Assembly: GCF_037042905.1 (NCBI RefSeq)
Contig: NC_087251.1
Location: 12,526,001-12,590,000 of the forward strand
Origin: Lytechinus pictus
Lineage: Eukaryota
DNA: 64,000 nucleotides
Reading direction: 5' to 3'
Both the position numbers and the translations under genes were made by a program. This document shows positions 12,192 to 25,794 of the stretch, piece by piece (the stretch's first letter is position 1; each line of letters starts with the position of its first letter). The notes beneath the pieces are model-generated. The model was given only the letters and a program-made list of their open reading frames with translations, did no database searches and was not told the origin of the DNA.

Positions 12192-12406
12192 TGAGTGGAT
12201 AACTCTGAACCAAGAAGTTGCGGGTTTGAATCCCACCATAGCACTCACGTCCTTTGGCAAGGCATTTATATATGCCACTCTCCTTCCAGGTGTAGTAAAT
12301 GGGTAACTAGTAGGAAGAATTTCCTTGAAAGGCTTGAATATGTGAGTGCTTGATCAGGGTAGCTGTGCTAAAGCCGAAGTAATAAAAATAATGAGATTAT
12401 TATTAG
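12192..12406 (+). mobile_element. Degenerate tRNA-derived SINE
   Basis: B-box-like GGTTTGAATCC (12223), body GTCCTTTGGCAAGGCATTT...CCAGGTGTAGTAAATGGGTAAC, short (ATT)n tail. Confidence 0.65.
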
Positions 12407-12571
12407 AAATAAAAATTGGGGTTATCATATTTAGATCTTCAGCTAAAGTTGGAATTCAAAATGATTTTGAATCTGCTTTAGCACCCAAGATCATGGTCCA
12501 ATCATGCATAAAGTCATTTACCCATCTCAATACCAACATTTAAACCATCGATGTTGACTGTTTCCTTGCAG

Positions 12572-12650
12572 ATCTTGGCAGACATTGTATTTTCAGCGCA
12601 GACCAGTCACCTTCATCAAGATCGTTGGAACTAGGAATACAGCTAATGAG
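12572..12650 (+). CDS. BTBD9: BTBD9 exon
   Basis: Acceptor CCTTGCAG, (R)SWQTLYFQRRPVTFIKIVGTRNTANE, donor GTAAAG; phase 2-0. Confidence 0.95.
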
Positions 12651-13271
12651 GTAAAGACATTCATACTTTTGAAACTTGGAAAATTTCCTCTTTTTAGGTG
12701 GTTTTGGGTTTTCTTCTCTGATGATGGCATTTGAGACAAATGTGTACTTTCTGGCTCTGACAATATATGCTGCCTATCTTTGAGAATATGAACCAAGTTA
12801 TAAAAGTTACACCTTTACATTGCATATGATTGAGCAAATGTAAATTTTCTACCATTTACACTTCAATTATTGTTTTGCAGAAAAAATCTGTTGGCAAGAA
12901 GATGACCGCATTTTTTTTTTAATTGGAACCGCCTTTTCTAGCATGTTTTATCTTGGGTTTATGTTTTTATGTCATACTTTTGGTTACGTAATATTTGGAA
13001 AATATCCTCTTTTTGGTGCTCACTTTGGTATATTGATTGGTTCGTCAGTAGGGCCAGGTTATTACTCCTATGCTTTTGAGCGAAGAATAGTATAATTACA
13101 TTGGTTCATTCTATTTGAAAGTGCTCGCCAGGCCCTTTTATTTGTCATGTAATTTTGTTGTGTCAAATAGGTAGTATAAACATTTGAATCTATATGAAGC
13201 CTCTGAAACATATTTTTGTGTGTATTTACAGTATTTTAATTACAGTAATATTTGATTTTCTTTTTATCTAG

Positions 13272-13517
13272 GTTTTCCACTGTGTGCACTTTGAATGCCC
13301 TGCACAGAACACACAGAGCGGCGAGTCTCACTCATCAGATCTTGATGATGACAGCTCATCATCTGGCCATGGCCCAACCCTCCGACTTGCCAATCCCAGT
13401 ACCTCCTCCAGTAGCACTGTACATTGTCCATCAAGGTCAGTCTCTCAGCAGAGCCCTATGTCACCCTCATCAACAAGGAGTTCGCCGACATCGAGTATGG
13501 GTGGACCACCACTCTGA
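13272..13517 (+). CDS. BTBD9: BTBD9 last coding exon (VFHCVHFECP plus Ser/Pro-rich tail, TGA stop)
   Basis: Acceptor TTTATCTAG, VFHCVHFECPAQNTQSGESHSSDLDDD...MGGPPL*, stop at 13515-13517. Confidence 0.95.
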   Translation, partial: VFHCVHFECPAQNTQSGESHSSDLDDDSSSSGHGPTLRLANPSTSSSSTVHCPSRSVSQQSPMSPSSTRSSPTSSMGGPPL

Positions 13518-16500
13518 GAGGATATTGATAACCAAACAAATTGAAACTTGAGTTCTTACAGTTTTGACAAGTTTTCGCTGCAATATTTTCTTGCTTTCTC
13601 CACCATTTCAAAGGATTTGGTAATGACTGCATGGTGTTTGATCACTTGCTTTCCTGCTTCAATTCTGGTTCAGCTGCCTAGAGTTGGTGAAAATAAGGAT
13701 ATGCAACAGAGAGGGTTGCAATCAATCGCGATTGGCATCAACCAATCAAGATCTTTGTTACATGTGCATATTGTTCAACAAACCCACCGTCAAGCAATCA
13801 GAATGGTTGTTTCAAAATAGCAACTGAGCATAAATCCCGAGGTTACAGGATTTGTGTCTGTTCTTAGCTTTGCCTGACATGGCCACAGCTTTTCTTTGAT
13901 TACTATACAGTACAAATGGATATACAGAATTAAGGGATACGTATTTGCCATTGGTCAAAAGGACATGCCAAAGGTCACCATGTTGTCTCTAGCAGAGGTG
14001 CCAATACTTTCTTTTAGTATGTGGCTTTGGAAGAAATTAAAACATGTTGAAGGACCACAGTAATAGTGTCAAAGTTATACTATGGTTCTGCAAGCTCTAT
14101 CAAGTGGAGTTGTCATGTAAAAATTACACTGGTTTAGAATTCAGCCAGTTTGGGGATGTAGATTGAGTATTAAGATGTGTTGCTTTAGCAGTTATTTTGA
14201 TGATATTGTTGTAGCAAACACAGAGCTTCATGATGAAGCTGTGTGGATTCTGAATCAGTATTAAATTGTTCCCTGTCATTTCATAGACATGAAAGGTATC
14301 AAGAATGAAAGGTAATGATAAATATAAAAATTAATTGATATAAGTAGAAGGAGTCTAATAATCATGATGGTATGCCACTGTCACCTTTTAACCATCAATT
14401 CACAGGAAGAAAAATGAAAAGTCTCTTCTGTGTTTTACCAATGCTGCAATGATTCATATTTAAATATACAGTACAGAAGAGCAGAATCTAGCTTGTTGTC
14501 CATTGCTATTTTCATAAAGTAGATTGGCCATGCAATGTAAACCACAAATAATATTATTGAATCAAAGATGCAAAACAAGGAACAGAGCAGCTTGTTTAGG
14601 AAATAAGTAGTGTTCTTTCATCAAAATCATTGTCAAATCATGAAATTTGAATTATTCATGGAAGTAACAATATTTCTGCTACTATGTAAGTACAGATTAA
14701 TTAAAGGCATGTTCAGATATGCATCAAGCTCAGCAGAATACAGTGGTACAAATTGCACCACTTATGCTAATAAATGAGAATTGTTTGCTTCCCAGGTCTT
14801 CAGATTTTTGTGACACAAATAATGTTGCTTGATATCTCATTGACTTTCTACACAAAAATTTTACCAACCTCTGTCGCGCTCCATCTGAACAAGCCTAAGT
14901 AAACTTTTTTTTTTTTTTTGATGTATTCTATTATCATGACCATGGAGTTTGTTCTGACCTCACACTGGGACTGGAGTTAGTCAAAGATGGTACTATGGGG
15001 AAAGCAAGATTTAACATTGCTTTTGTGCATAGGACTAGTATATTGAAGGTTATTAGAATTTCTATTTCATCTCGTTCAATTTTCCATAGCACACATAAAT
15101 GTGTTTTACTATGGTCATACGACATGTATAATGACAGAGGAAAATTCCATGTTACATTTATCTTCGGCATACATAGTGTGTGAAATGTCATTTCGCATTT
15201 TAGTGCATCTTTTGTGGCATCTTAATTCCAAATTAGTTCATTTACAGTCAGAAAGGATTGACTTAATAGCAGTAAATGGTATTATGTTTGATTATCCAGG
15301 TGTTTGATATTTTGATATTCAGTTATAAATTTCTGTCAGTATTATCATGAAAGAATAAGTTGTTATTTAGATGTGGAAAATACATGTAGAAAGGATGTGT
15401 ATTCTTTAATTTTTCTTATTTTTACCTCTTCTCTTCTCTTCGTCCTGCTTCATTTACCTCATTTTTGGGGTGGTTCCTCATCGTCCTCTCCCTGTTTAAC
15501 TTCTTCATCTCTTTTCCCCCCCTTCATCCTGTCTTTTCTCCTCATTTAATCAAACTTTTATTTTTACAACTATTACAAATAAATCTTTATATGAGTTTAT
15601 CCAAGAGTAATTACCTGTCCATGGAAGTTTAATAAATAGATTGAAGTTGTGTTTCGATGAAGAAATTTTGTGTTTACGTTCCTGGATTTCACTTAATGTG
15701 TAGTGCTTATCATAGAAAATTCAGGTTCTACAGGCCTCAAGCCTGACACAAGAATTCTATTGCATGTAAGGCAGGCAGTTATAATGATTAATATTTTAAA
15801 TTTGACATTTTGTTAAAATGCAGCATTTTCCAATTACACTAAGTTTATATAATTTTAACCAATACTAATGCTTCTTTGGTAATTCTACAACACTGATTTA
15901 TCTTCAGCTGGGGATGAGAGGAATCTATGATCTCAGAGAGCTTTAAGGGTAATCTCTTCATCCAATATTTTTAGAGCAGAATAAATTTGAATATTCTGAA
16001 AGGTTTTGATACTGTACAGTGAAAAAAAAATTCTCAGGCATTGTTTATATAGCTATTCCTTCTTATTAATATTTCAGCATTAGCTCATAAAATCCAGCCA
16101 TAGCGAGTACTAAAATACTCCTTATCATTTAGGTATTATCTTTGAAAAGCTCTAGATTTAAGGAATTCCACAGTCAATGCATATGGTCATATATTTGCAA
16201 ATGAAGTAAAATCCACCACAATGAGATTCCTTTAAGGCATGATATTGTTTTAAAAAGTAACCTGCAAAGACATATTGATGTGTGTAAATCTCATGAGCCC
16301 CTGGTGCAGTATAGAAATAAATATAGGATTATTTTGAAATCATTATAAAATGGTGATTATTCATGTAAATGAACTTACTGGAGGTCACAATGTGTTTGAC
16401 AATATTTTGTACTTTTTATATGTCATTGTTGACATCTTTAGACATATTTCAGTGAAAAAAGCTGACGTTTCAATATTGTAATATTGTAAGTCTCCGTTGG

Positions 16501-18985
16501 CTGAATTCATAATGATGCAAAAATTAATGGCAATTAAACTTTTCAAAATGTTTTTTTCTGCATGATTGATGCTTATAATGCTGAAGAAGAAGTCCACCCT
16601 CACATAATGTGAGTTTTTATACAAACAGAAAAGGGAGAGAAACATATTCACAAAGGGTTGATGAAAATCCATCAATGAATAATTCAGTTGTCAATGTTCA
16701 AATATTAAGATATTTTTTCATCACATGGGAGTAGCTATAGCTCAATTAATAGTTTATAATAACAGTAAAATGTTATCATAAAAACATGTTTGTAATAATG
16801 ACTGGGAGTGTCCAGCTTAAACATAAATTCCAGTCCATGGCAATGATCGTGTAATAAATGACTTTGAAGAGAATACAACAGAGTGACCACCAAAATGTTA
16901 GTATAAGGTAAATGGGAAACATTTGAATTTTATGACAGAGACAAATATATTTACCCTGCTACTTCAGAAATTTATTATTTACTTGTTTTGTTATGGTTGA
17001 TGATTAGAGTATGAATTTCCAGTAATTATGCTACAAATGTAGGATTATTGTTTCTTAACAAATTTTACATGCTGACAATTACATAATCCCCCAAATCACT
17101 TTAAAATCTTACAACCTTAATGTGTCCACTGTCTGCCAAATCCATTTAGAAAACATGATGTATTCCATTCAAACTTAGTTGTTCTGATTAATTTAATTGT
17201 TTTACTGATATATGGTGCTATAGATGTTGTGTTTCTTATATTTTATAATATGTAATTATGTTTTATCATAACATCATGATTATTAATGTAATTATGTTAA
17301 AACTTCTGCTTATATGGTTAACTTTCTTAGAGAGATGTAAGAAACACATGTAGTGTGCATAGAAGCCCTGTGCGGTATAAATTGAAAGGTTTGTTCCTTG
17401 TTTTGTAACCAAAAATTAGTACTTTGGATGTGTTCGTGTGTAAATTCAGATTTATATTGCTTTGATAAAAGATTCTGTTCTCAGAGAGGAAATGTGATTT
17501 CCTTGTATATATCACTAAATTATATTGTGTGTACAAATAAAGTCTTTATCAGCTGTAAAAGTTATTTACATGTAGGTTTAAGTTTGATGAAATATCATAT
17601 TTTAGGTGGTGTTTCACTTTTTCAATGTTGTTTCCAGTAGCTTTATGTTGTACAAGAATATGTGAGTATGATTTATACAAGTATCCATAAGTTTATCATT
17701 CAAATTTTCAAACTGCATGATGTCTTTAAGATGATAGAGAAAGCTGCATGCTGCTTGCTTGTTAAAAAAAAATGTTTAGGTATTTACTTTTATTATAAAA
17801 AAAGTACTTATGATTTGTGGTAGAGCGTTGTATGAGATATTATTGTTTAAAAGTGTTAAACTTTGGTGGAATGTACATGTACTATGACAACAAAATATAC
17901 CAAATTTATTAGTATGAATAGATTAGAATCAGAAGATCTAGTTATTTGACTTTCAAGGGGGGGGTGATAATTCTAACAATAAAATTCTCAACATGATTTT
18001 ATGGGGGAAAAGGTTGCATTACAGACCATATGTTAATGTTTTTTATAGGGACAGTGATATTCTAAATATGTTTCTGAACAAAGATTTAACAACCAATTAT
18101 ATCTCCACCTTAGGTTAATGTGTAACACTAGATCCAGCTTAAAGTGAACAAAATATATTGATGGATCCTTGAAATGCCATTTAAAGTGTGTCTATGCCAT
18201 GAGCATATGAAGGATTCTTGAAGGTATGGTTTGAATGGCTATCATCAGAAATAAATTAGTTGCTTCATTATCATTTCACAACACTTTTTCTATGTAATTC
18301 ATTAAATAGATTTTGGAATATCAAATATGGATGATGACAAAATATGAAATTTTGTGGCCGTTATCTGCTACTTTTCAAGGTATTGTTTAAAAGATAAGTG
18401 TGATGTAAATTCTTCATTCATTACTTTCTGAGATTATGTTTTGGTATCTTTTAATCACCCTGTGTTGGTTGCTGAGCAGTTATAATTTCAAATCTACCAA
18501 TTTATTCTTTATATTCTTCCACTCTTAACAGGGCCTCTTCCCACCCATAAAATAACATGAAAGTTTGCAGACATTGAGTAGAAAGATACATGTGTTAATT
18601 ATGTAACACGTTCCTGTGAATTGGCAAATAAAAAGACTTGCAACCAGTTTTGAGCAACCATCCCCAGATAATAATTAAATGTGTCTTGTTTCACCCATGC
18701 TGAGCATGTTCCTCTGTAGCAGCAGGTTTCACAAAAGTATTATGATCTATTCAAAACATGTAGCAGAATGTGAAAGTGATAATATGACATGATCCATTAC
18801 TTACTGGAGATGCAAAGAAATTAGATACTTATATTTTTGTAAGAAAACAAACTGCATGAAAAGAAGTTGTCTTTACTTTACTACCATGTTTTATTACAAA
18901 TACTTCAGGTGTATTCATAAATGATATGTATGTATTGGACTGGAAGTTATCTGGCAAATAAAATGTATGCAGCATTTGTGCATGA
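13518..18985 (+). other. Probable long BTBD9 3'UTR (3' end approximate)
   Basis: T-rich stretch with no transposon I could recognise; AATAAA at 18627 and 18957; transposon-dense DNA begins at 19024. Confidence 0.45.
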
Positions 18986-19023
18986 AATCTAAAACAGCTT
19001 GGCTCTTGAATTCATGATTTATT

Positions 19024-19570
19024 CCCGGGGGGGCCACTTACATTGACGAGCGGATACCATGCGCGACCAAAAAAACACGTAAAAAGGATGTCTTTTTCAA
19101 GATAGGGCATGTTACGTACGTAACGTAATAAGGGTGTCAAAAAACACAAACAATGAAAAAGGGTATCTATTTCGATAGGAAAGCTACGTGTTTAGGGTCA
19201 ATTTTGCGAGGGTATAAAAAATCAAGACTAAAATGTTTTATAAAGGATGTACTTTTTGCCCCAAGTCAACACTACGTGTTTTGAGTACGATTTGCGCGAG
19301 TGTGGCGCTAAACCCAATGATGTAGATAAAGGTAAAACCGACGTCCGTGAATATCGCTATGCTTGTTTAGGGGTTTAATTCAGGGAATACTTGCCAATAG
19401 TATCGTTTTGTTTCCAATACTTGTTAAGGGTAGGGTTTCACACGCCAATACTTGTTAAGGGGTGCATTTTCAGAATATGGAAAATACATGTTTAGGGTGC
19501 TTTTTGAGATCTCATGGTCGCGCATGGTATCCACTCGTCAATGGAAGCGCCCCCCCCCCCCCCCCCCGGG
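19024..19570. mobile_element. MITE with CCCGGG(G)n termini, superfamily unassigned
   Basis: TIR CCCGGGGGGG...CATTGACGAGCGGATACCATGCGCGACCA and its near-perfect reverse complement at the right end; TSD ATTTATT at 19017-19023 and 19571-19577. Confidence 0.87.
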
Positions 19571-19752
19571 ATTTATTGTGTAATATAAGTATTTCTACTA
19601 CATGATCCTTTTAGCATTTGTGATGAAAAATGATGATTCAAAAGAAAGCTTTGAAAGTGTGTGGTGATGGGTGGGTGGGTGTGTGTGTGGGGGTGGATTT
19701 CATGTGTGTGCTTTGGGGAAGTGCATCTATGTGAGGGATGGATTTTGTAGAG

Positions 19753-22700
19753 TAGTCAGGCAGCATATGTCATTTACTTCGACAAATTAGCTAAGTCTGA
19801 TTTTTCACTTTTATGTGATTGGTGACATCACAAGGAACAACTTTCAACTTGGTGACAAATTTCTAATGGTCATCTGGACCATGTTAGTGGTCAAAATGGG
19901 GTCAATTTTTAAATTGCCCCTATTCTGTCGAGTGACACATCAAATTGTTTGTCTTGTTATACTGAACAAAAAGCGTACACAACCATATACTCTTGACCTC
20001 CCATTAAAAAGTTATGACCGGAAATGTCAAAAGGTCAACGAACTTTCGTTAAATGGCAAATTAAACTGATCAAAGGTATGAAGAAAGCTTGTTTTTATGC
20101 ATGTGTGTACTTTTTTATTTTTTATTTTCTTAGGAGCTGGAAGCACTGATCAATCGATGTGTTTATTCTTACATTTCATCCATTTGCTTCGTACATAATA
20201 TTTTAATCAACAGAAAGTATTGTACAGCGCGTCCCAAAAAAAATGTCCCTCTGATATGCGGCTAAATTACTTCCAAAAATAAAAATTATTCTAAATGAAA
20301 TGTATAGAACTAGGAAGCCCATCTCATGTTCTAACTTCTATAAAAATTTCATTGGTCTTGCTTCAGTGGTTTTGAATACACAGCCTATTATGTAACAGTG
20401 GTGCTTTTCAGCCCATTTCAAGTTTGCATGCATGCAGCACTGCTTTGTGTTCTACACTTTCTCGCGTATCAACCCCCTTTGACCATTCTGACCAAGGAGA
20501 TATCTCCTTGTTCTGACCATGGACCTATGTTCTGACCAAGGAATTCCCTGATCCGACATGGGAAATCTCCATGATCTAACCAGGCTTATCAAATCACAAC
20601 CTTGAGCATGTTCAGAAGGGCAAAAACAATATTTGACAGTTCATTGCATGTTTGATAACTGGAGATGCACAATGATTGAGACAACGGGTCATGTCTGTTT
20701 CATGCATAATTCCAACAATACTGCATTTTTGTTTTCATTACTTTTTTTTAGTTAATAACATACTGAGGTCAAGTTAATTCAATGTAACTATTTAAAAGAA
20801 AAAAAAATCAAAATTTCTTTGGTAAAGTTCCTTTTCGCAAAGGGTGATTAACTTTAAGTTGTGGATTCCCCCTTTTTTCAGCTTGTTTTACTCATCCATC
20901 ATTCACATTTTCTTTCAAGTTGTTGCACTGATTCTCCTTATTCATCAACCAATATAATTTTTTATGTTTCTTGTAGTTCTGAACATGCTCAAGTTTGTTT
21001 TGATGAGCCTGGATATGATTCGGGAAATGTCCCTGCTCAGATCCTGGATGTAAAAATGGGGGTTAACATGCCATAGACAATGAAGAAATTATGCATCAAT
21101 GCTGCAAACTTGGAATGGGCTAAAACGCACCACTGTTACGTAACAGAGTGTGTATTCAAAACCGCTCAAGCATGACTAATGAAATTTTCATAGAAGTTAG
21201 ATCATGAAATGAGCTTTCTACTCATAAACATTTATTTGAGAACCCTACCACATTTTCGAATTAATTCAGTCCAATGTCAGAGGGACATTTTTTTTGGGAC
21301 GCGCTGTATAATGTATTGGGGTATATATGTGCACAATGTTAACTAGACACATCGATTGATCAGTGCTCCCAGCTCTTAAGAAAGGTGCCTAACATCTTAT
21401 TTTGATTAACTTACAAATAAGATAATGAGGTTGGGATTGAGGATGATATGATAAGTTGGACTCCAATTGCTCCTTAATTAATTCTGTGTGACGGTTATAT
21501 TATTTCTGACAAAGAGGCAACATCGTGCAAGCATGCTCATTGCAGTCAGTCACGGGTGTCCATCTTGCTGATGTTATATTCTGACTCGATCTCTGGAGCC
21601 AAGAAGGACTACACATTCCTGATTATGTGCTGCCATTAAAATGGCTTGTACTATTTTATCAAGTGTGTTTTTTCCAGAGCATACAATGTGAAACTAAACT
21701 TAATACCAGTTCTCACGATAGTAATGTGCATAGATGCAGATTTTGTTTTTGTTCTTTTGTTATTCTTGTTTTTTCCTACTTGCTGAACTACCTGGATGTT
21801 ACTAGAAAGAATAGTCACATATGTCATTAAAGTAAACCACTGCCATACTGCAGTGGGAAGTGGGGGCAGCTGCCCCCAGAAATTGTGAAAACTTGCATTT
21901 CAGTGTTTTATTTAGGAATTCAATTCAAGTTCAATTCATTTTCAATTTACTAGTCTTTAATTTGTAAAGCATTTCCTTCATTTGCTTTGTATATTTTAAT
22001 TAACAGAAATTATTGTAATGTATTCATGGTACATGGTACATAAGTATATTACTATGTTAACAGAATAGATCAACAGAGATAGACGTCGAATACATTTTTA
22101 CTGAAAAATAAATATAATTGACCAAAAGTATGCACGAAATCCTTAAATTTCACTTTACAAAATGCAAAAGGGTCCCAATGATGAGCTCAGAACAGCACAT
22201 GCACCAGAAATGTGTAGTCCTTCTTGGCTCCAGAGATCGAGTATAATGGTCGGAACATATATCACATCAGCATAATGGAACCCATGACTACAATGAGGAT
22301 GATGATGTTGCCTCTTTGTCAGAAATAATATAACCGTCATACATTATAATTAATTGAGGAGCAATTGGAGTCCAACTTATCACCCTCAATCCTATCCTAA
22401 CCTCATTTTCTTATTCGCCAGATAATCCAAATGAAATGTTAGGCATCTTTCTTAGGAGCTGGAAGCACTGATCAATCGATGTGTTTATTCTGTTAACATA
22501 GTAATATACTTATATACTTATGTACCATGAATACATTACAATAATTTACGTTGATTAGAATATAGAAAGCAAATGAAGGAAATACTTCTTTACAAATTAA
22601 AGACTAGTAAATTGAAAATGAATTGAACTTGAATTGAATTCCTAAAAAAAAAACTCCCTGGTTGCACTTATCACATCATGAAGATAATAAGATTTTAAGG

Positions 22701-23402
22701 GCATAAGGGTTTGTCAAGTCGTTTCAAGGTATTCCTGCAATACCATGATACCACACTGAATGTATTCGACGTCTATCTTTGTTTATCTATTTTGTTCACA
22801 TTTGACCCCTTTATATATAATGTCTTCTTAGATATAGACTTTTCAAAATAAAGAACCCATGAAAAATAAGACTTCTAATAAACTTCTAACCGCTTTTAGA
22901 CGTGTACTTTGGCTTCCAATTAAAGTTTGTTGACCTTTCCCTGACCTTGTCTTGACCCTTTATATCTTCTGGATAAGGACTTCTGACGATGGACTTATCA
23001 AAATCGAAAATAAAAAAGTACACACATGCATAAAAACAAGGAAAAAATGAGCTTTCTTAACACCTTCAGTGTAATTTGCCATTTAACGAAAGTTTGTTGA
23101 CCTTTGACATTTCCGGTCATAACTTTTTAATGGGATGTCAAGAGTATATGGTTGTGTACACTTTTTTGTTCAGTATAACAAGCCAAACAATTTGATGTGT
23201 CACTTGACAGAATTGGGGTAATTAAAAAATTGACCCCTATTGACCTTATTTTGACCCCTAACATGGTCAAGATGACCATTAGAAATTTGTCACCAAGTTG
23301 AAAGTTGTTCCTTGTGATGTCACCAATCACATAAAAGTGAAAAATCAGACTTAGCCAATTTGTCGAAGTAGCCGGTAAATCATGACATATGCTGCCTGAC
23401 TA
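19753..23402. mobile_element. Academ-like non-autonomous DNA transposon, 3.65 kb, ~370-395 bp TIRs
   Basis: Termini TAGTCAGGCAGCATATGTCAT and ATGACATATGCTGCCTGACTA, 3 bp TSD GAG; left arm 19753-20122 mirrors right arm 23007-23402; no transposase ORF. Confidence 0.85.
20225..21306. mobile_element. Tc1/mariner-like non-autonomous element nested in the Academ-like element
   Basis: TA flanks; ~30 bp TIR CAGCGCGTCCCAAAAAAAATGTCCCTCTGA, continuing as imperfect ~200 bp arms. Confidence 0.87.
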
Positions 23403-23788
23403 GAGTACATTGGTTAGGTTATTGTGTATTATCTATATAGTGTTTCAGCGATGCATTAAAAACGTGTATTTCAGTCTGCATCAATCGCCTATGCAGTATC
23501 AGAGCGTATCCCTAAAAGAACCGAAATCCGTAGAGTATCCCATAGGCTCCTGTACAGTGCGCATGTGTGAATGCGCGAAATATACAATGCGTACAACAAT
23601 GAAAGCAATGCGACGCGCAGCAAGAGCACAATGACACTCAATGACGTCATAATTGACTACATGCAAGTCGCATGTCAACGACCAAATTTGATTTTATGAA
23701 GTGATGATGCCATTATGTGATAAGTGATATGACTTGTTCAATCAAATTACTCCCTCCTTTTGATTGGTAGGGGTGGGATAGATGATAA

Positions 23789-23930
23789 TTATATTGGATG
23801 GCTTTATTTCATGGAATACCAGAATTATTCCACTCATTAGGGCCAATAATCCACTTATCTACGATTCGTGGAATATTTGCCCAAACTCTTGGAATATTTC
23901 TGGTATTCCATTCTGAGCCATCCAATATAA
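23789..23930. mobile_element. Small hairpin MITE
   Basis: TTATATTGGATGGCT and AGCCATCCAATATAA termini; inner ATGGAATACCAGAA pairs with TTCTGGTATTCCAT. Confidence 0.7.
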
Positions 23931-23959
23931 TATAAATACCCAATTTTAACGTGCAGGCA

Positions 23960-24785
23960 TTACACAAAACTTAATTTGAACATGTAGGCCCAAATGGCCC
24001 ATCTAAATCTAAAAGTTAATTTTTCTACACCTATTGAACAGGTGCTCCATAGACTCAAATGGGTTTCGATTGAAGAAAGGTGGATATACCATAAATGCAA
24101 AACATTTAACACTATCCTTAACAGGGAAGCACCTAAATATATCTCTGTAAACTCGTAGTAAGATCTAGTAATGTCCACTCATACAGAACTAGAAACTCGG
24201 TTCACAATGGTGTAGTTGTACCGCTTGTACACACGCAGGCTGGAAAAGGGCCTTTTCTCATAGTGCTGCCATTCTCTGGAATCAGCTGGATAGTGGTACC
24301 CGTAGTGCAGTCTCGAGGCAATCCTTCGCTACATCTTATTGTAGAGCGAGAAACTACTAAATTAAAAATAACTACCCCTATCTGACTGATACCAGGGACG
24401 AGCAATCAAGTAAACACAAAATTAATCAATAAACATAATGATCATAGGGAATATATACTTATATGGATTTGCATATGCACAATATATATGCTGACTTTTA
24501 TACTACATTCACACATGTATTTCAGTATGTCTGTGTGTAAGTCCTGCAGGTTGCTTGTCTCTTTGAACATATTTTCTTGTTCTTCCTTGTTTTACTTGTT
24601 CAGTGTTTGTATTTATTATATGTATGTATTTGTTACTTGTATGCAGGGCCCCCAAGAAAAACTGCTTAGTCCACTGATGGGGTTACCCTGGGTAAACAAA
24701 ACGAAATAAACAATCAAACAAATAAATAAATAAGTAAATAAATAAATAAATAAATAGATAAATGAATAAATAAATAAATAAATAT
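23960..24785 (+). mobile_element. 5'-truncated CR1/L2-group LINE (decayed ORF2 C-terminus, 3'UTR and (AAAT)n tail)
   Basis: Broken frames give STPIEQVLHRLKWVSIEERWIYHKCK...REAPKYI, HSYRTRNS...VP...GK and FSHSAAILWNQL, typical of CR1/L2 ORF2 ends; stops and frameshifts present; (AAAT)n at 24720-24784. Confidence 0.82.
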
Positions 24786-25794
24786 ATGTAGGTTAATGCG
24801 CAGTACCCAATTTGTACATTTCTAAGCTTTACCAAAGATTTGAATTATCTTTTTTGTCAAGTTGCCTTGTTGGAGGGATGAATAGTTACGAGTGATATGT
24901 TAGGAAAACAGAAAGTTGAAAGACAAGAGAAATGCAAAGGGAATTTACGGACAGAGACAGATATGAAGAAAGGAAAGTAAATGGATGGGACTTCTTATAA
25001 ACTCTTAAGACAATTGAGTCCCCTAAGGATTTATCTTCGAAGCATTCAGACGAGACAAAAGGTACCATTTTCTTGGATCGTTTTTATCCAGGACATCCTG
25101 TTTTTGGAAACCAGGGGGTCAAGGACGACTAAATGAACCGACTAAAAACAATTACCTATTTCCCTCCTTTCGTTAGTGTCAGGTCTGTGTCATATAATAT
25201 CAATTTAACATTAGTTCTTCTTCCTTAGAAGAAATATAATTTTACTATTATGAAGAGTTTCAAGATCAACAAATTCCTCACAGCTTTACATTTGAGAGAA
25301 AATGTAATTGAAATTATTGATTTCTTATTCATTTATTAAAACAGACCAAACCATTTTTTCATTTTGTGACACTAGCTGGTTAATAATTCATTAATCAGCT
25401 TATGTCAGAGTGAAAATATGGTAAATATTGTTCATTAATTTCAGGAATCAATGCACAATTTATACACTAATATATCTCCCTCTGTTACTTACCTCCCACC
25501 CCCCTTCTACCTCTCTCATTCTTTCTGTCTCTCTCTCACTCCCTCTTTTCGGCTTGCGATCTCTCAATCTCTCTAGCATTCTTTTTCCATCTTGTTTCCC
25601 CTTTACATTTCATCCCCTTCTTCTCTATCCTTTATCCATGTTCATTATTACAAAAGAAAGAAAAGTTATTAATGTATATATTTTACTCTTTCTCCATCAA
25701 CATCTAAATTTTAAAGACAATTTGAACTTTACCCCATTAACTACCCCTCTTCGTCCATGAAGAACACTAAACTAAAATAATGAAATGACACAAT

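Noticed and set aside
13252..13820. Alternative-frame and downstream ORFs at the BTBD9 end, or stop read-through
   Set aside because: Only the VFHCVHFECP frame fits the splice phase; the TGA-GAG context is not a known read-through motif
19815..23330. Paired ORFs starting MIGDITRNNFQLGDKF on opposite strands
   Set aside because: They are mirror translations of the Academ-like TIR arms, not genes
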